Origin: Octopus vulgaris
Lineage: Eukaryota
Assembly: GCA_951406725.2 (NCBI GenBank)
Contig: OX597834.1
Span: 31,124,001 to 31,188,000, forward strand
DNA: 64,000 nt
Reading direction: 5' to 3'
Shown: piece after piece, positions 50,826 through 63,343 of the stretch
Numbering within the stretch: the first letter of the stretch is position 1
Layout of the letters: each line of letters opens with the position of its first letter
Notes under the pieces: generated by a model
What the model was told of the DNA's origin: nothing
Seen by the model: only the letters and a program-made list of their open reading frames with translations
Database searches by the model: none
Program-made: the position numbers and the translations under genes

Positions 50826-51970
50826 AATTCAAATTTTAGCTCAAAGCCAGCAATTTTCTGGAACGGGGAAGTTAATTACATCAACCCCAGGGTGGAAATG
50901 ATACTTAATTTATCAACCGCAAAAGTGAACCTCGGCGGAATTTGAACTCAGAACGTAAGGATGGGCGAGAAATACTGCTCAGCATTTTGTCCAGTGTGCT
51001 AACGACTCTGTCAGTTTGCTGCAGTAATAATAATAATAATAATGATAATAATAATGATGGTTTCAAATTTTTGCCACAAAGGCAGCTATTTTGGGGGAGG
51101 GACTTATCGATTACATCGACTTCAGTGTTCAATTGGTATTTATTTTTATTGACCCCAAAAGGATGAAAGGCAAAGTTAACCGGTCAAGTTCTCTGGTTGA
51201 TGTAATCAACCTGCTCCACTCCCTCCGAAATTTCAGGCCTTGTACCTAGAGTAGAAAAGATTATTACTATTATTATTATTATTATTATTGTTGTTGTTGT
51301 TATTTAAGGTGGCGAGCTGGCAGAATTGTTAGCATGCTGGATGAAATGTTTAGCTGTATTTTGTCTGCTGCTGTGTTCTGAGTTCAAATTCTGCTGAGGT
51401 CAACTTTGCCTTTCATCCTTTCGGGGTCAATAAACTAAGTACCAGTGAAACACTGGGGTGGATGTAATCGACAAATCCCCCTCCTGCAAAATTTCAGGCT
51501 TTAGAAGAAAGGATTATTATTAATATTATTATTATTATTATTATTATTTAAAGTGGTGAGCCGGCAGACTCGTTAGCAAAATGCTTAAGGCATTTCATAT
51601 GTCTGTACATTCTGAGTTCAAATTCTGCTGAGGTCAACTTCGCCTTTCATCCTTTCAGGATCGATAAATTAAGTACCAGTGAAATACTGGGGTCAATGTA
51701 ATCGACTAGTTCCCTCCCCACCAAATTTCAAGCCTTGTACCTTTAGTAGAAAGGATTATTATTAAAGTGGCAAGGTGGCAGAATGATTAGTGTGCCAGGC
51801 AAAGTGCTTGGCAGCATTTCATCTGTCTGTATACACTCTGTTTAAATCCCACCAAGATCGACTTTGCTTGTCCTCCTTTTGGGGTTGATGAAATAAGTAC
51901 CAGTTATACACTGGGGTTGATGTAATTGACTAGCCCCCTCCCCCAAAGTTTCAGGCCATGTGCCTATACT
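50826..51970. mobile_element. Cluster of six SINE C copies or fragments separated by (ATT)n
   Basis: Two minus copies (about 50826-51020 and 51058-51181), then a plus tail and three head-to-tail plus copies (about 51306, 51550 and 51764). Confidence 0.8.
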
Positions 51971-53646
51971 AAACATCATCATCGTTATTATGATTTATAG
52001 TGATGGTTTCTTATTATCACACAGATATAATCTAACTTCATTCATGTCCAGTATATTACTGGTACTTGTTTAATCTACCATTTAATGAGCAACCAGCTAA
52101 TGAGATGAAGTAGCGGACTTTGTTTTGTATTGCTCTTGCAACAGTGTGGAGCTCTTGTCAAGACCTCCTCTTACGTCCATACCTTCGTTCACAACTGTTC
52201 TCTTCAAGAATGCGTAGTCTGGGCTGCCCTCGAAGATCTGCATGTGGTCCATCCAGACCAAAGAAGATCACAGTCTAACTCAGGCCGTGAAGTAACCTAC
52301 TTTCTTATGAATAGGACCCATGAGACTGAGTTGGAATATTATGCAAAGAGAACAGAAAAGAGTGAAGAAATAAAAGATTATTTTTGTCTTCGCTTATTTC
52401 TCAGGGAAAAGCACTTCACATTGTAACAAGCTTATTATTGTTATTATTATTATTATTATCATTATTATTGTTATTATTCAGCTTAGGTACAAATATACAA
52501 TGCTTATACATACATATATATGCTTATATATACATATGTATTTGTGTGTGTATACATATGTATATTTGCACACGTATACATGTATGCTAAAACTAAAAAA
52601 AAACCTGAACTGTGATAATAATAATAGTTTCTACTTTTGGCACAAGGCCAGCAATCTTAGGGGAATAGGGGTTTGTCTGTTATATTAAGCCCTGTGTTCA
52701 ACTAGTACTTGTTTCATTGACCCTAAAAAGACAAAAGGGGGCACTGACCTTGTCGGATGTTGAACTCAAAACAGAGAGAGTCGGAAGAAATGTCTGGAAG
52801 CATTTTTGTCCAGCATGCTGATGATTCTGTCGGCTCACCACCTTAAATAATAATAATAATTATATTAATAATAATAATAATAATAATGATAATCATCATC
52901 ATCGTTTAGCGTCCACTTTACATACTAGCATGGGTTGGACGGTTCAACTGGGGACTGGGAAGCCAGAAGGCTGCACCAGGCCCAGTCTGATCTGGCAATG
53001 TTTCTATGGCTGGATGCCCTTCCTAACGCCAACCATTCCGTGAGTGTAGTGGGTGCTTTTTACGTGCCACCGACACAGGTACCAGACGAGGCTGGCAAAC
53101 GGCCACGATTGGATGGTGCTTTTTACGTGCCACCGGCATGGGGGCCAGGCGAGGCTGGCAACAGCCACAAACGGTAATAATAATAATAATAATAATGATT
53201 TCTAATTTAGGCTCAAAACTGGCATTAGTTGATTACTTTAACTCCCAGTGCTCAACTGGTATTTTGTCGACCCCCACCACTAAAAGGGTGGAAAGCAAAG
53301 TAACGCACACGCTAACACATGCACACCAACATACACTTGAGTGCAGATACTAACACTAGCTTACACACAATCACACACATACATAAGCTCATGTGGAGAC
53401 TCACCTTAACACACACGCATACACATTAACACATACATGTATTCATACAAGTTTGCTCACACAGAGGTGCTCTTACACACGACTTTGCTGCTCAAGCCCT
53501 TACTCCATTTTGTACATCCATGTATCAGGTACATTAAAAATAATCCAACTTTATTTTTCCCCACCAAAACTAATGGCACATGGGTAAAATCCTTTGGGTG
53601 GGAGGAAAAGCCACCCTTCCTGCACATGTATGAAAATTCTTGCACC

Positions 53647-54046
53647 AGGCGCATGAGTGGCTGTGTGGTAAGTAGATTGTTTACCAACCACATGGTTCCA
53701 GGTTCAGTCCCACTGCGTGGCACCTTGGGCAAGTGTCTTCTACTATAGCCTCGGGCCGACCAAAGCCTTGTGAGTGGATTTGGCAGACGGAAACTGAAAG
53801 AAGCCCGTCGTATAATTGTATATATATATATGCGTGTGTGTGTTTGTGTTTGTCCCCCTAGCATTGCTTGACAACCGATGCTGGTGTGTTTATGTCCACG
53901 TTACTTAGCGGTTCGGCAAAAGAGACTGATAGAATAAGTACTGGGCTTACAAAAGAATAAGTCCCGGGGTCGAGTTGCTCGATTAAAGGCGGTGCTCCAG
54001 CATGGCCACAGTCAAATGACTGAAACAAGTAAAAGAGTAAAAGAGT
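53647..54046 (+). mobile_element. SINE family B, full length
   Basis: Complete low-divergence copy. Confidence 0.9.
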
Positions 54047-54121
54047 AGGTCACATCTATTCCCAGCTGTTTCACTTAGATTAAAGACATGTAGTGGATGC
54101 TCGTAGGATTTTTGTTTTCCT

Positions 54122-54433
54122 GAACACATCAATCAGGGATATTGCGTCAAGTTTTGGCAGAAGCCGGGTTAAACTCAAACCATCCAAAAGATTCAGCAGG
54201 CCTTTGGTGATGATGCCATGGGCAGAACTCGGATCAAAGAGGGGTACGGCCTTTTCAGAGAGATGGCTGCGTCTCGGCGGAGAGGAAGGAACACTCAGGT
54301 AGGCCATGCACAAGCCAAAGCGAGAAGCTGGTTGAAATGGTTCAGTGAAGACTCATGGAAATCCGTTGTGTAATAATCCAGGAAATTGCTCCTGAAGTAG
54401 GAACAAGCAAACATTCAGTGCGTTCCATTTTAA
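54122..54433 (+). pseudogene. Mariner transposase N-terminal (HTH) relic
   Basis: QGYCVKFWQK..TIQKIQQAFGDDAMGRTRIKE..DG..HSGRPCTS..IQEIAPEVG..SVRSIL, with a stop and frameshifts. Confidence 0.8.
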
Positions 54434-54820
54434 AGTTAAGTACTTATCAAATGCACCTTGTACACACACTCTCTCCCCCCTCTCTCTCTCTCGCACACAC
54501 ACACACACTCACACAAATACACATATATGTATATCAACCTATTAATGCACTCAAATGTACCCACTCACATTTAAGAAACACATGCTCATACACAAGCACC
54601 CCCCCCCACACACACACACAAGCTCATATGTTCAACCTCACCCTCACACACACACGCAGAGGTGATGTTATGCACTTTTCCGCTCCTGCCCGCATTCAGT
54701 TATGTACATATTCACACACACATACTCTAACACAGACACACACGTTAACTCATGCCTATTGACATACACTATTGTACATATACTAATGTACCAACACACA
54801 CACACACATGTAAGCATTCA

Positions 54821-55398
54821 CCCTAACAGATAGCAAAATATTCTGCCTGTTTTATGTTTAAGCTGGCCAGATCCAGTCTCTCACACCTACCCCTCAATGT
54901 CCTTCTAAAAATAAACAGTCACATCATTTGAAATCTTGGAGCTGTGAGACAATGCATGATTAATTCAAAACATTGTGACTAAATAATCATTACCTTTGAC
55001 AAAGAAATCTGAATGCTAAAGGCTTAAATCCAATGATGTCTGGCTCAAATACGCTGCCTGGCCAGATCCAGTCTGTCACACTTACCCTACAATGTGATTT
55101 TAAACAACAGCATCATTAAAATCATGAAGCTACGAGATGATACAGGATTAATTTAAAACAGTATGAATAAAAAAGCATCACACATTTGACAGTAATTTGA
55201 ATGCTGGCCAAAATAGTATGCCTGTCCTATGTCCAAACAGGCCAGATCCAGCCTCTCACACTTACCCCACAATGTCATTCTAAAAATAAACAACCACATC
55301 ATTGAAATCTTCAAGCTACACCAATCATGCATGATTAATTTAGAACAACGTGGATGAATAAGCATTATATTTGACAGAGCGATCCGAGTGCGAAAGGG
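54821..55398. mobile_element. Tandem trimer of piggyBac-like MITE F2 bodies
   Basis: GGCCAGATCCAG..TCACAC(C/T)TACCC..AATGT occurs three times about 190 bp apart; the array ends in AAAGGG|TTAA. Confidence 0.75.
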
Positions 55399-55562
55399 TT
55401 AATACATCGACACATGTGCATACGCAGACGCACAAAAGCATTTGCATAAATTTGCTTACACAAGTGCTCTAATGCACATTTTTGCACATGCTTGCATTCA
55501 GCTAGGGACACAACAGAAACACGCATGCACATATTAACCTATGTCACATGAATGTTCTCACT

Positions 55563-55604
<42 letters not shown>

Positions 55605-56033
55605 TCATACACATATTCACATGCATATTAACCTGTTAACACACGCACACACACACGAGCTAACAGGTACAGTTTAATATATATCCACATGCACAATCCA
55701 TGTAACACACACACACCGTATACATACACGCATGAACACTAACCTATTAACACAGACTCAGACATACACATTCATATACAGGTAACACACACATGCACGC
55801 ATCACATCACATCACTAGACTGCATGTGCTGCTGCTGCTGCTCCTGCTGCTCCTGCTGCTCCTGCTTATTTGCAGTCAATACAACAAGGAATTCACTGGT
55901 TGATCAATACTTGACAACTTGATGGTTCATCTCTGATGTAATTTAATACCTGGTTGTGAGAGAGAGAGAGAGAGAGAGTGAGTACGTCAGGTCGGTGTTC
56001 TAGTACATTCCGCTAATTGATGGTGAAGCAGTT

Positions 56034-56095
<62 letters not shown>

Positions 56096-56186
56096 TGGCG
56101 GAGGACATGACATCATCTGTACTGTCACTTGCATGTTTGGTGGCAGACGTATCTATGTATCTGTCTGTTATTTGTCATTCTCTCCA

Positions 56187-56232
<46 letters not shown>

Positions 56233-56248
56233 ATTTATTATATAGAAG

Positions 56249-56301
56249 GAGCTTCTACAGGACTAGTACTGTTTCATTCAAGAGAAATCTTCAGGAAGCT
56301 C
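56249..56301 (-). ncRNA. Type I hammerhead ribozyme
   Basis: Minus strand: GAGCTTC-CTGAAGA-TTTC tctt GAAT-GAAA-CAGTACTAGTCCTG-TA-GAAGCTC. 7-bp stem I and a near-palindromic 14-nt stem III, inside (TA)n. Confidence 0.82.
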
Positions 56302-56379
56302 TATATAATAAATTAATTTTACTCTGCTATGTATTGAGTACCTTACTTACTGTGGTTAACCCCGAATCAACCCGGGACC

Positions 56380-56414
<35 letters not shown>

Positions 56415-56481
56415 GTGTGCAGATATATATACACACACACATACACTGTGTCTCTCTCTCTCTCACTCACACACACACTTT

Positions 56482-56525
<44 letters not shown>

Positions 56526-56598
56526 GTGTGCAGATATATATATACACACACACATACACTGTGTCTCTCTTTCTCTCTCTCACTCACACATACACTCT

Positions 56599-56643
<45 letters not shown>

Positions 56644-56666
56644 CATATATACATGTATATATAGCA

Positions 56667-56713
56667 AAAACTGTCCGATGAACGGCAACGGGAAACTCAG
56701 AGTAACAGGTTTT
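56667..56713 (+). ncRNA. Variant hammerhead motif (CCGATGA core)
   Basis: AAAACTGT-CCGATGA-ACG gcaa CGG-GAAA-CTCAGAG-TA-ACAGGTTTT, flanked by (TA)n. Confidence 0.6.
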
Positions 56714-57269
56714 GTTGAATTTTCTGCTGCTTTAAATAAAGTATATATACATGTGTGCAGATATATATATACACACACACACACATACACTGTGTCTCTC
56801 TTTCTCTCTCTCACTCACAGGCACACACTCAAAAATATATACATAATATATACACATATATGTGTACAAGCAATTTGTTTTGTTTTTTTATATTTTAGTT
56901 GGTTAGCAAGGATCTACCCAGGAACATTTTTCAGAGCCTCCAAGACTACAGCTTCTCTTGAATTGAGACATGTTTTTTTTTCACTGCCAAAAAAATCAAA
57001 ACAAAACTCCATACATTTTTAACAAATATATATTAATATATCACCACCACCACCACCACCACCACCATCATTATCATCATCATCATCATCATATGTTTGC
57101 TTTTCCATGCTGGCATTAGTTGGATGAGTTTGCTAAGGTAGTTTTTTTTATAATTGGATATGCTTCCTGCTGCCAATCTTTTTAGTCTCCCCTTTGAGCA
57201 TGCAGGTATAGGGGGGTTTTATTCTTCAAAAAACAACATATATACATATATATATAAATAAAACAGCTT

Positions 57270-57565
57270 CGATGATTGTTCCAGTTGATCAGATCAACGG
57301 AACAGCCTGCTCGTGAAATTAACGTGCAAATGGCTGAGCACTCCACAGACACATGGTACCCTTAACGTAGTTCTCAGTTCTCAGGGAGATTCAGCATTAC
57401 ACAGAATGTGACAAGGCTGTCCCCTTTTCAATTACAGGTACAACTAATTTTTGCCAACTGAGTGGACCGGAGCAACATGAAAGTAAAGTATCTTGCTCAA
57501 GGACAACATACTGAATTGAACTCATAACCTTACGATTGGGAGCTGAATACCCCAACCTCTAAACC
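57270..57565 (-). mobile_element. SINE family E
   Basis: Reverse-complement match to 1991-2311. Confidence 0.8.
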
Positions 57566-57781
57566 AATACTCCAACCTCTAAACCATTTGTTTTCACTCA
57601 CACACACACACACATGCACAAATAAACATTTAGATCAGTTCCAATACATTTTGGACATATGTAACCCTCTGTACAAAGGGTTCTTATTGCTGTTTGCTGT
57701 TAAGAAGAGTTCTCGCTTCAGGCAATAAGTGTCAACAAAGACACCAACAGCCATTTCAAGGTGCCCTCTGGTGAATCAATA

Positions 57782-57818
57782 AATGCATTTCTAGCTTCTT
57801 GGCTATCATCAGCCCCAC
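57782..57818 (-). ncRNA. Hammerhead-like core with weak stem I
   Basis: Minus strand: CTGATGA-TAGC caagaa GCTA-GAAA-TGCA-TT. Confidence 0.45.
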
Positions 57819-58129
57819 ATATGGCAAGAGAGAGAGAGAGAGAGAGTATCCTGAAATGATGACTTCAGAAACCTTTGCTTCCTCATAGTAGATCCTTATC
57901 AAAATACTTATTGCCTAAAGTAAGAATTTTTCTCAGTGGCAAACAGCAGTGAATATGGCCTTTCTACAAGTCAAATACGTCCCATTATCTATCTGTCTGT
58001 CTGTCTGTCACTTGGTCACTTGGTCACTTAGAATATAGAACTCAGAAGATAATTGTTAAGAGTGAATAAAATATTTAGTCATTAGTCTGATAAAATATAT
58101 TTTGATGGATGAACGATTATGGATTTTAT

Positions 58130-58500
58130 ATAATGTGTGTGTGTGTATACATCTGTCTGTATGTGTGTGTGTGTATATATATCTATATGTATGTGTGTAT
58201 GTACATCCATATGTGTGTATACATGTCTGTATGTGTGTATGTACATCCATATATGTGTGTATACATGTCTGTGTGTCTGTATACATCTGTCTATATGTGT
58301 GTGTGTGTGTACATCTGTCTGTATGTGTGTGTGTGTGTATATATATCTATATGTATGTGTGTGTGTGTGTGTATATATATCTATATGTGTGTGTGTGTGT
58401 ATATATCTATATGTGTGTGTGTGTGTGTGTGTGTATATATCTATATGTATGTGTGTGTGTGTGTGTGTACATCTGTCTGTATGTGTGTGTGTGTATATAA
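58130..58500. repeat. Minisatellite built from (TG)n/TACAT/ATCT units
   Basis: Repeated GTATACATCTGTCTGTAT(GT)n and ATATATCTATAT units. Confidence 0.85.
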
Positions 58501-58853
58501 AACAAATATTTATTGTTAGCAGAGAGTCTAAAGTAAACTTTGAAGTTTTTGAAATCTATAATTATGTTCAGGCTTCGTTAGTTGATGCATGATGTTTTTC
58601 TGTTTGTTTGTGATGTGGTTCATTCAAGAGCAACTCTATTGAACGGTGGTTATCTGTATTCATGGACATACGTCTGCCTTCAGACATAGGCACACACAAC
58701 GGTATGATTGCTGGGGTTAAGAAGTTTGGTCCTTAAACCACATGGTTCTGGGTTCAGTCTCGCTGCATAGTACCTTGGGCCAGTGACTTCTACTACTACA
58801 GTTCCAGGCTGACCAATGCCTTGTCAGTGGATTCGGTAGACTGAAACTGTGCG

Positions 58854-58892
<39 letters not shown>

Positions 58893-60114
58893 GCGTGCAT
58901 GTGTGTGTGGTTGTTCCTCTGTCACTGCTTGATGACAGGTGTTGGTTCAGCGAAAGAAACTGATGAATAAGGTGAGACGAAAAGAAAATGAAGTATTGGC
59001 ATCGATATGTTTGGTTGAACTCTTCAAGGCTGGTGCTCCAGTGTGGCCGCAGTCCAGTGACTGAAACAAGCACAGGATAATAGATACACAAACATGAAAC
59101 CATCATCATCATCATCATTGTCCTGATCAGTTACATGTATGCAGGGTGCATATCTATTGGTAGGGGGTAGTTGGGCAGTGGGGGGGGGGGAGCATTGAAG
59201 CAGCCTCGTGTGTCTGAATCCTGCAATGACCAGCATTTCTCAAGTGTGACCCCCAGAAACTTCTTCCAAGTCCCACATCTTTTTTTTACTTGTTTCCGTC
59301 ATTTCACTGTGGCCATGCTGGAGCACCGCCTTGAAGGGTATTGGTCAAACAAATCGACCCCAGGACTTATTTTTTTCTTTAAGGCCTGGTACCTTTTCGA
59401 TGAGTCTCTTTCCTTCTGAACCGCCAAGTTACAGAGACGTAAACACACCAACACTAGTTGTCAAGCAGTAATGGGGGGACAAACACAGACACAAAAATAC
59501 ACACACACACACATATATATGCATTATATGGCAGGTTTCTTTCAGTTTCCATCTACCAAATCCACTCAAGGTTTTGGTCAGCCTGAGGCTATAGTAGAAG
59601 ACATTTGCCCAAGGTGCCACACAGTGTAGTGAAGCTGAGAATTAAAACTCTACAGAGAAACATTTTTACTGTATATTTTCACTGTGGATATCATATATAA
59701 TGGCACAGACATAGCTGTGTGGTAAGAAGTTTGCTTCCCAACCACATGGTTCTGGGTTCAATTCCACTACATGGCACCTTGGGTCAGTGTCTTCTACTAT
59801 AGCCATCAGCTAACCAGGGCCTTGTGAGTGAATTTGGTACACAGAAACTGAAAGAAGCTCTATTAATGTGTGTGTGTGTGTGTCTTGTTACCACTTGACA
59901 ACCAGTGTTGGTTTGATTATGTCCCTGGCAAAACAGACCAATAGAACTGGTACCAGGCTTAAAGCAAAAAATGAAGTGTACTAGGGTCAATTCATTTGAC
60001 TGAAATTTTTGGTGTGCTCCAGCTTGGCTGTAGTCTAATGTGGCTAAAGGAAAGTAAATGAACTATTATAAAAAATAAAAAAACGGAAAGAAATATAAAT
60101 ATATTGACATTGTA

Positions 60115-60345
60115 AGTATTTATAAACTTTTGAGAAAATGTGAAATAATTTTGTTTTGGAACACTGGATCTCGAAGCACTCACATAAAGCTATAAATAAT
60201 AGCATGTAACTATTTGGTTGATAAACCCTTTTGAATAACCTTCAGTTTTTTCTGTTCAAGAACATTTTTAACCCAAGAGTCACATGGTGTTATTTACAGA
60301 TCTCTGTGTGCTTCAAGATCCACAAGTACAAAAACAGAATTAGAT
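60115..60345. mobile_element. Unclassified repeat with imperfect inverted repeats
   Basis: AATTTTGTTTTGGAACACTGGATCTCGAAGCAC is matched in inversion by GTGCTTCAAGATCCACAAGTACAAAAACAGAATT. Related sequence at about 31385 and 41380. Confidence 0.5.
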
Positions 60346-60988
60346 AAATTTATATTTTTAGATTTACAATAAGTTGTCTTGCTTTTCAAGCTGTGTCCCT
60401 AATCCACCTTGGAATATAAATTGAAATTTTATGTAAGTTTCATCAGATCTCAGTTTATGACATGATGTTATCAACGGTCATGGGGGTTATTGAAGTTCTT
60501 CACTGAGAAACATGTCTTTATGTAAAATGCATTAAAAAACATGTGTATGCGTGTATCATCATCATCATCTTCGTTTAGTGTCCGCTTTCCATGCTAGCAT
60601 GGGTTGGACGGTTCAACTGGGGTCTGGGAAGCCAGAAGGCTGCACCAGGCTCCAGTCTGATCTGGCAGTGTTTCTACAGCTGGATGCCCTTCCTAACGCC
60701 AACCACTCCGTGAGTGTAGTGGGTGCTTTTTACATGCCAGGCGAGGCTGGCAAACGGCCACGATCGGATGGTGCTTTTTACGTGCCACCGGCACGAGGCC
60801 AGTCGGGGCGGCTCTGGCAATGGCCACATTCGGATGGTTCTCTTACATACCACTGGCACTGATCATCACCATCAGCATAGTTTGTAATGCACCCTTTTTT
60901 ATGCTGGTATGAACTGGATGGTTCAACAAGATCCAATGAGTTCAAAGACTGCATCGTGCTCCAGTGTCCTCTTTGGCATGGTTTCTAC

Positions 60989-61158
60989 CAGCTCTGTGGA
61001 ATCAAAACAAAAAGACTTTGACTCCAATATCTCTAATATTTGACTCCAACTTCTCTAATCTTTGACTCCGAATCCTCTATGTGGTTGTGGTCTATTTTAC
61101 CAACTCCGAATCCCTCCTTAATTGTTTCTGACTCTCCAAATCTAACTCCACAACCCTG
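60989..61158. mobile_element. hAT-type MITE with GACTCC subterminal repeats nested in family A
   Basis: Perfect 8-bp TSD GTTTCTAC at 60981-60988 and 61159-61166, CAG...CTG ends, and repeated TTTGACTCC. Confidence 0.8.
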
Positions 61159-62574
61159 GTTTCTACAACTGGATGTCCTTCCTGCTGCCAACACCTTTAC
61201 AGAGCGTTATCAATTTAGGGGTAATTTAGCAAAAAGGTGTCTTTCGTTGTGTTTGTGTGGATTAATCCTCTGACTGTTTAGCTTCCCATCCAGGAGGATT
61301 TGGTATTTCTCATTCACTCAACCTTTGTGAGAACTTGGATCATTGGCATTAGTTTCAGGAACTTGTCTTTTAAAAATAATCATATTAATAATAATAATAA
61401 TCATCATCATCATCATCATCGTTTAACGTCCGTTTTCCGCGCTAGCACGGGTTGGACGGTTCGACCGGGGTCTGGGAAGCCAGGGGCTGCACCAGGCTCC
61501 AGTCTGATCTGGCAGTGTTTCTACAGCTGGATGCCCTTCCTAACGCCAACCACTCCGCAAGTGTAGTGGGTGCTTTTTACGTGCCACCTGCATAGGTGCC
61601 AGGGGGGGGGTCTGGCATCGGCCACAATCGGTTGGTGCTTTTAATGTGCCACCGGCACGGAAGCCAGCTAAGGCAACGCTGGCATCGGCCACATTCGGAT
61701 GGTGCTTTTTATGGTGCTTTTTTTGGTCTCCAATGCACAAAGCTCTGTTTCTCACTTCTTAATTAATAATAATTAAAAAGCACAAGAAAACTTGAATGAA
61801 ACAGAAACAAAATGAAAAGAAAGAAACCTACAAACTAAAAGATAAAGTAAAAAAGAAAAAAAAGAAAGTGTGAGGGGAGGAGGGTGAGGGGAGGAGGGTG
61901 AGGAAGAAGAGAGGAAATTCCTTAACAGTTGTTCTCTCTCTTCCTGTCCATACAAGCTGACGTACCTTTAGTGTATGTAAGGCCACCATGGGCTCACCAA
62001 GAACTGAACTCAAGGTGTGTATGTATGTGTGTGATGAGAAAAAAACCTGTTCAGTCCAGTTCACACTTAGAGCCGTGTGAGAGAGACAGAGAGATCTTGT
62101 CTATTTTGGTCTCCAATCCACAAAGCTCTTGTTTCTCACTTCTTAATCTATAACCGCAGTTATATAAATGATATATATATACATATATAATATATACACG
62201 TACACACACATATATATACATATAAAACAGTTGTAGGGATTAAGAAGAGGACAGACATTTTACGAACTATTGTGAATATACGAAGTAACTTTATCTGCGT
62301 ATTTTTGGGGTATTTATTGTGTTTTGCAAACTTTATAAAGTTTAAAGGTTGTATATATATATATCTTTGTTTGTTTGTACATATGTGTATGACTATGTAT
62401 GTATGTATATATATTTGTGTATACATATTTATGAAACATGTGTCATTTTTGTTCAGTTTTTGCTGTATTTCTGTGTTCTTATTTCTTTATGTGAGTGTAT
62501 ATATACATGTATATATAATCTGGTTGCCTATCACCCCAATCTATCAATCAAGGAATCATTTAATCAATCAATCA

Positions 62575-62616
<42 letters not shown>

Positions 62617-62917
62617 CAAAATGAGAAAATGGAGAAATATATCTAAATCAATCATCAACCATCGGATAATACCCCCCTATCTAATTTTATAATATATATA
62701 TATATATATTATAGAAATGGATTAATTTCTAGACAGGTATAAATATAAACACACCTATATGTGTGTGTGTGTGTATGTGTGTCTATATGTATGTATACAC
62801 ACACACACACTTATCAATTTCTAGACAAGTAAAAACATAAACACACCTATATATATATATATGTCTGTCTTTCATTATATACCTATCAATGAATGAATCA
62901 ATCAATTTACATATTGA

Positions 62918-62957
<40 letters not shown>

Positions 62958-63208
62958 ACATACATATATATAATCTATGGTGAAATATTAATCCTTGCAC
63001 ACTTTTTTCTCTTTTTTTTTACGTTCTCTTTCCATTTTTTTTTTTTACCTCTCAACCCTTTCCGCCAGAGAGTGTCAGCTCAAAACATCAAAGACTTTTC
63101 CATTCTACCAGAGCATGAAACTAATACACCTATTTTCTGTTCCCTCACCTGTCTTCATTTGTTTTCTATAAATTTGAACTACACACATACACACACACAC
63201 ACACACAC

Positions 63209-63249
<41 letters not shown>

Positions 63250-63343
63250 CCTGCATATCTCATGTCTGTTTTCATTCCTCCACTTCACTCTCTATTTCAT
63301 ATCTTCTCTAGAATTACTATTGCTTAACCATCTTCTTACACTG

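Noticed and set aside
50826-51970. CRISPR-like repeat-spacer array
   Set aside because: The units are ~200-bp SINEs separated by microsatellites, in a eukaryotic context with no cas genes.
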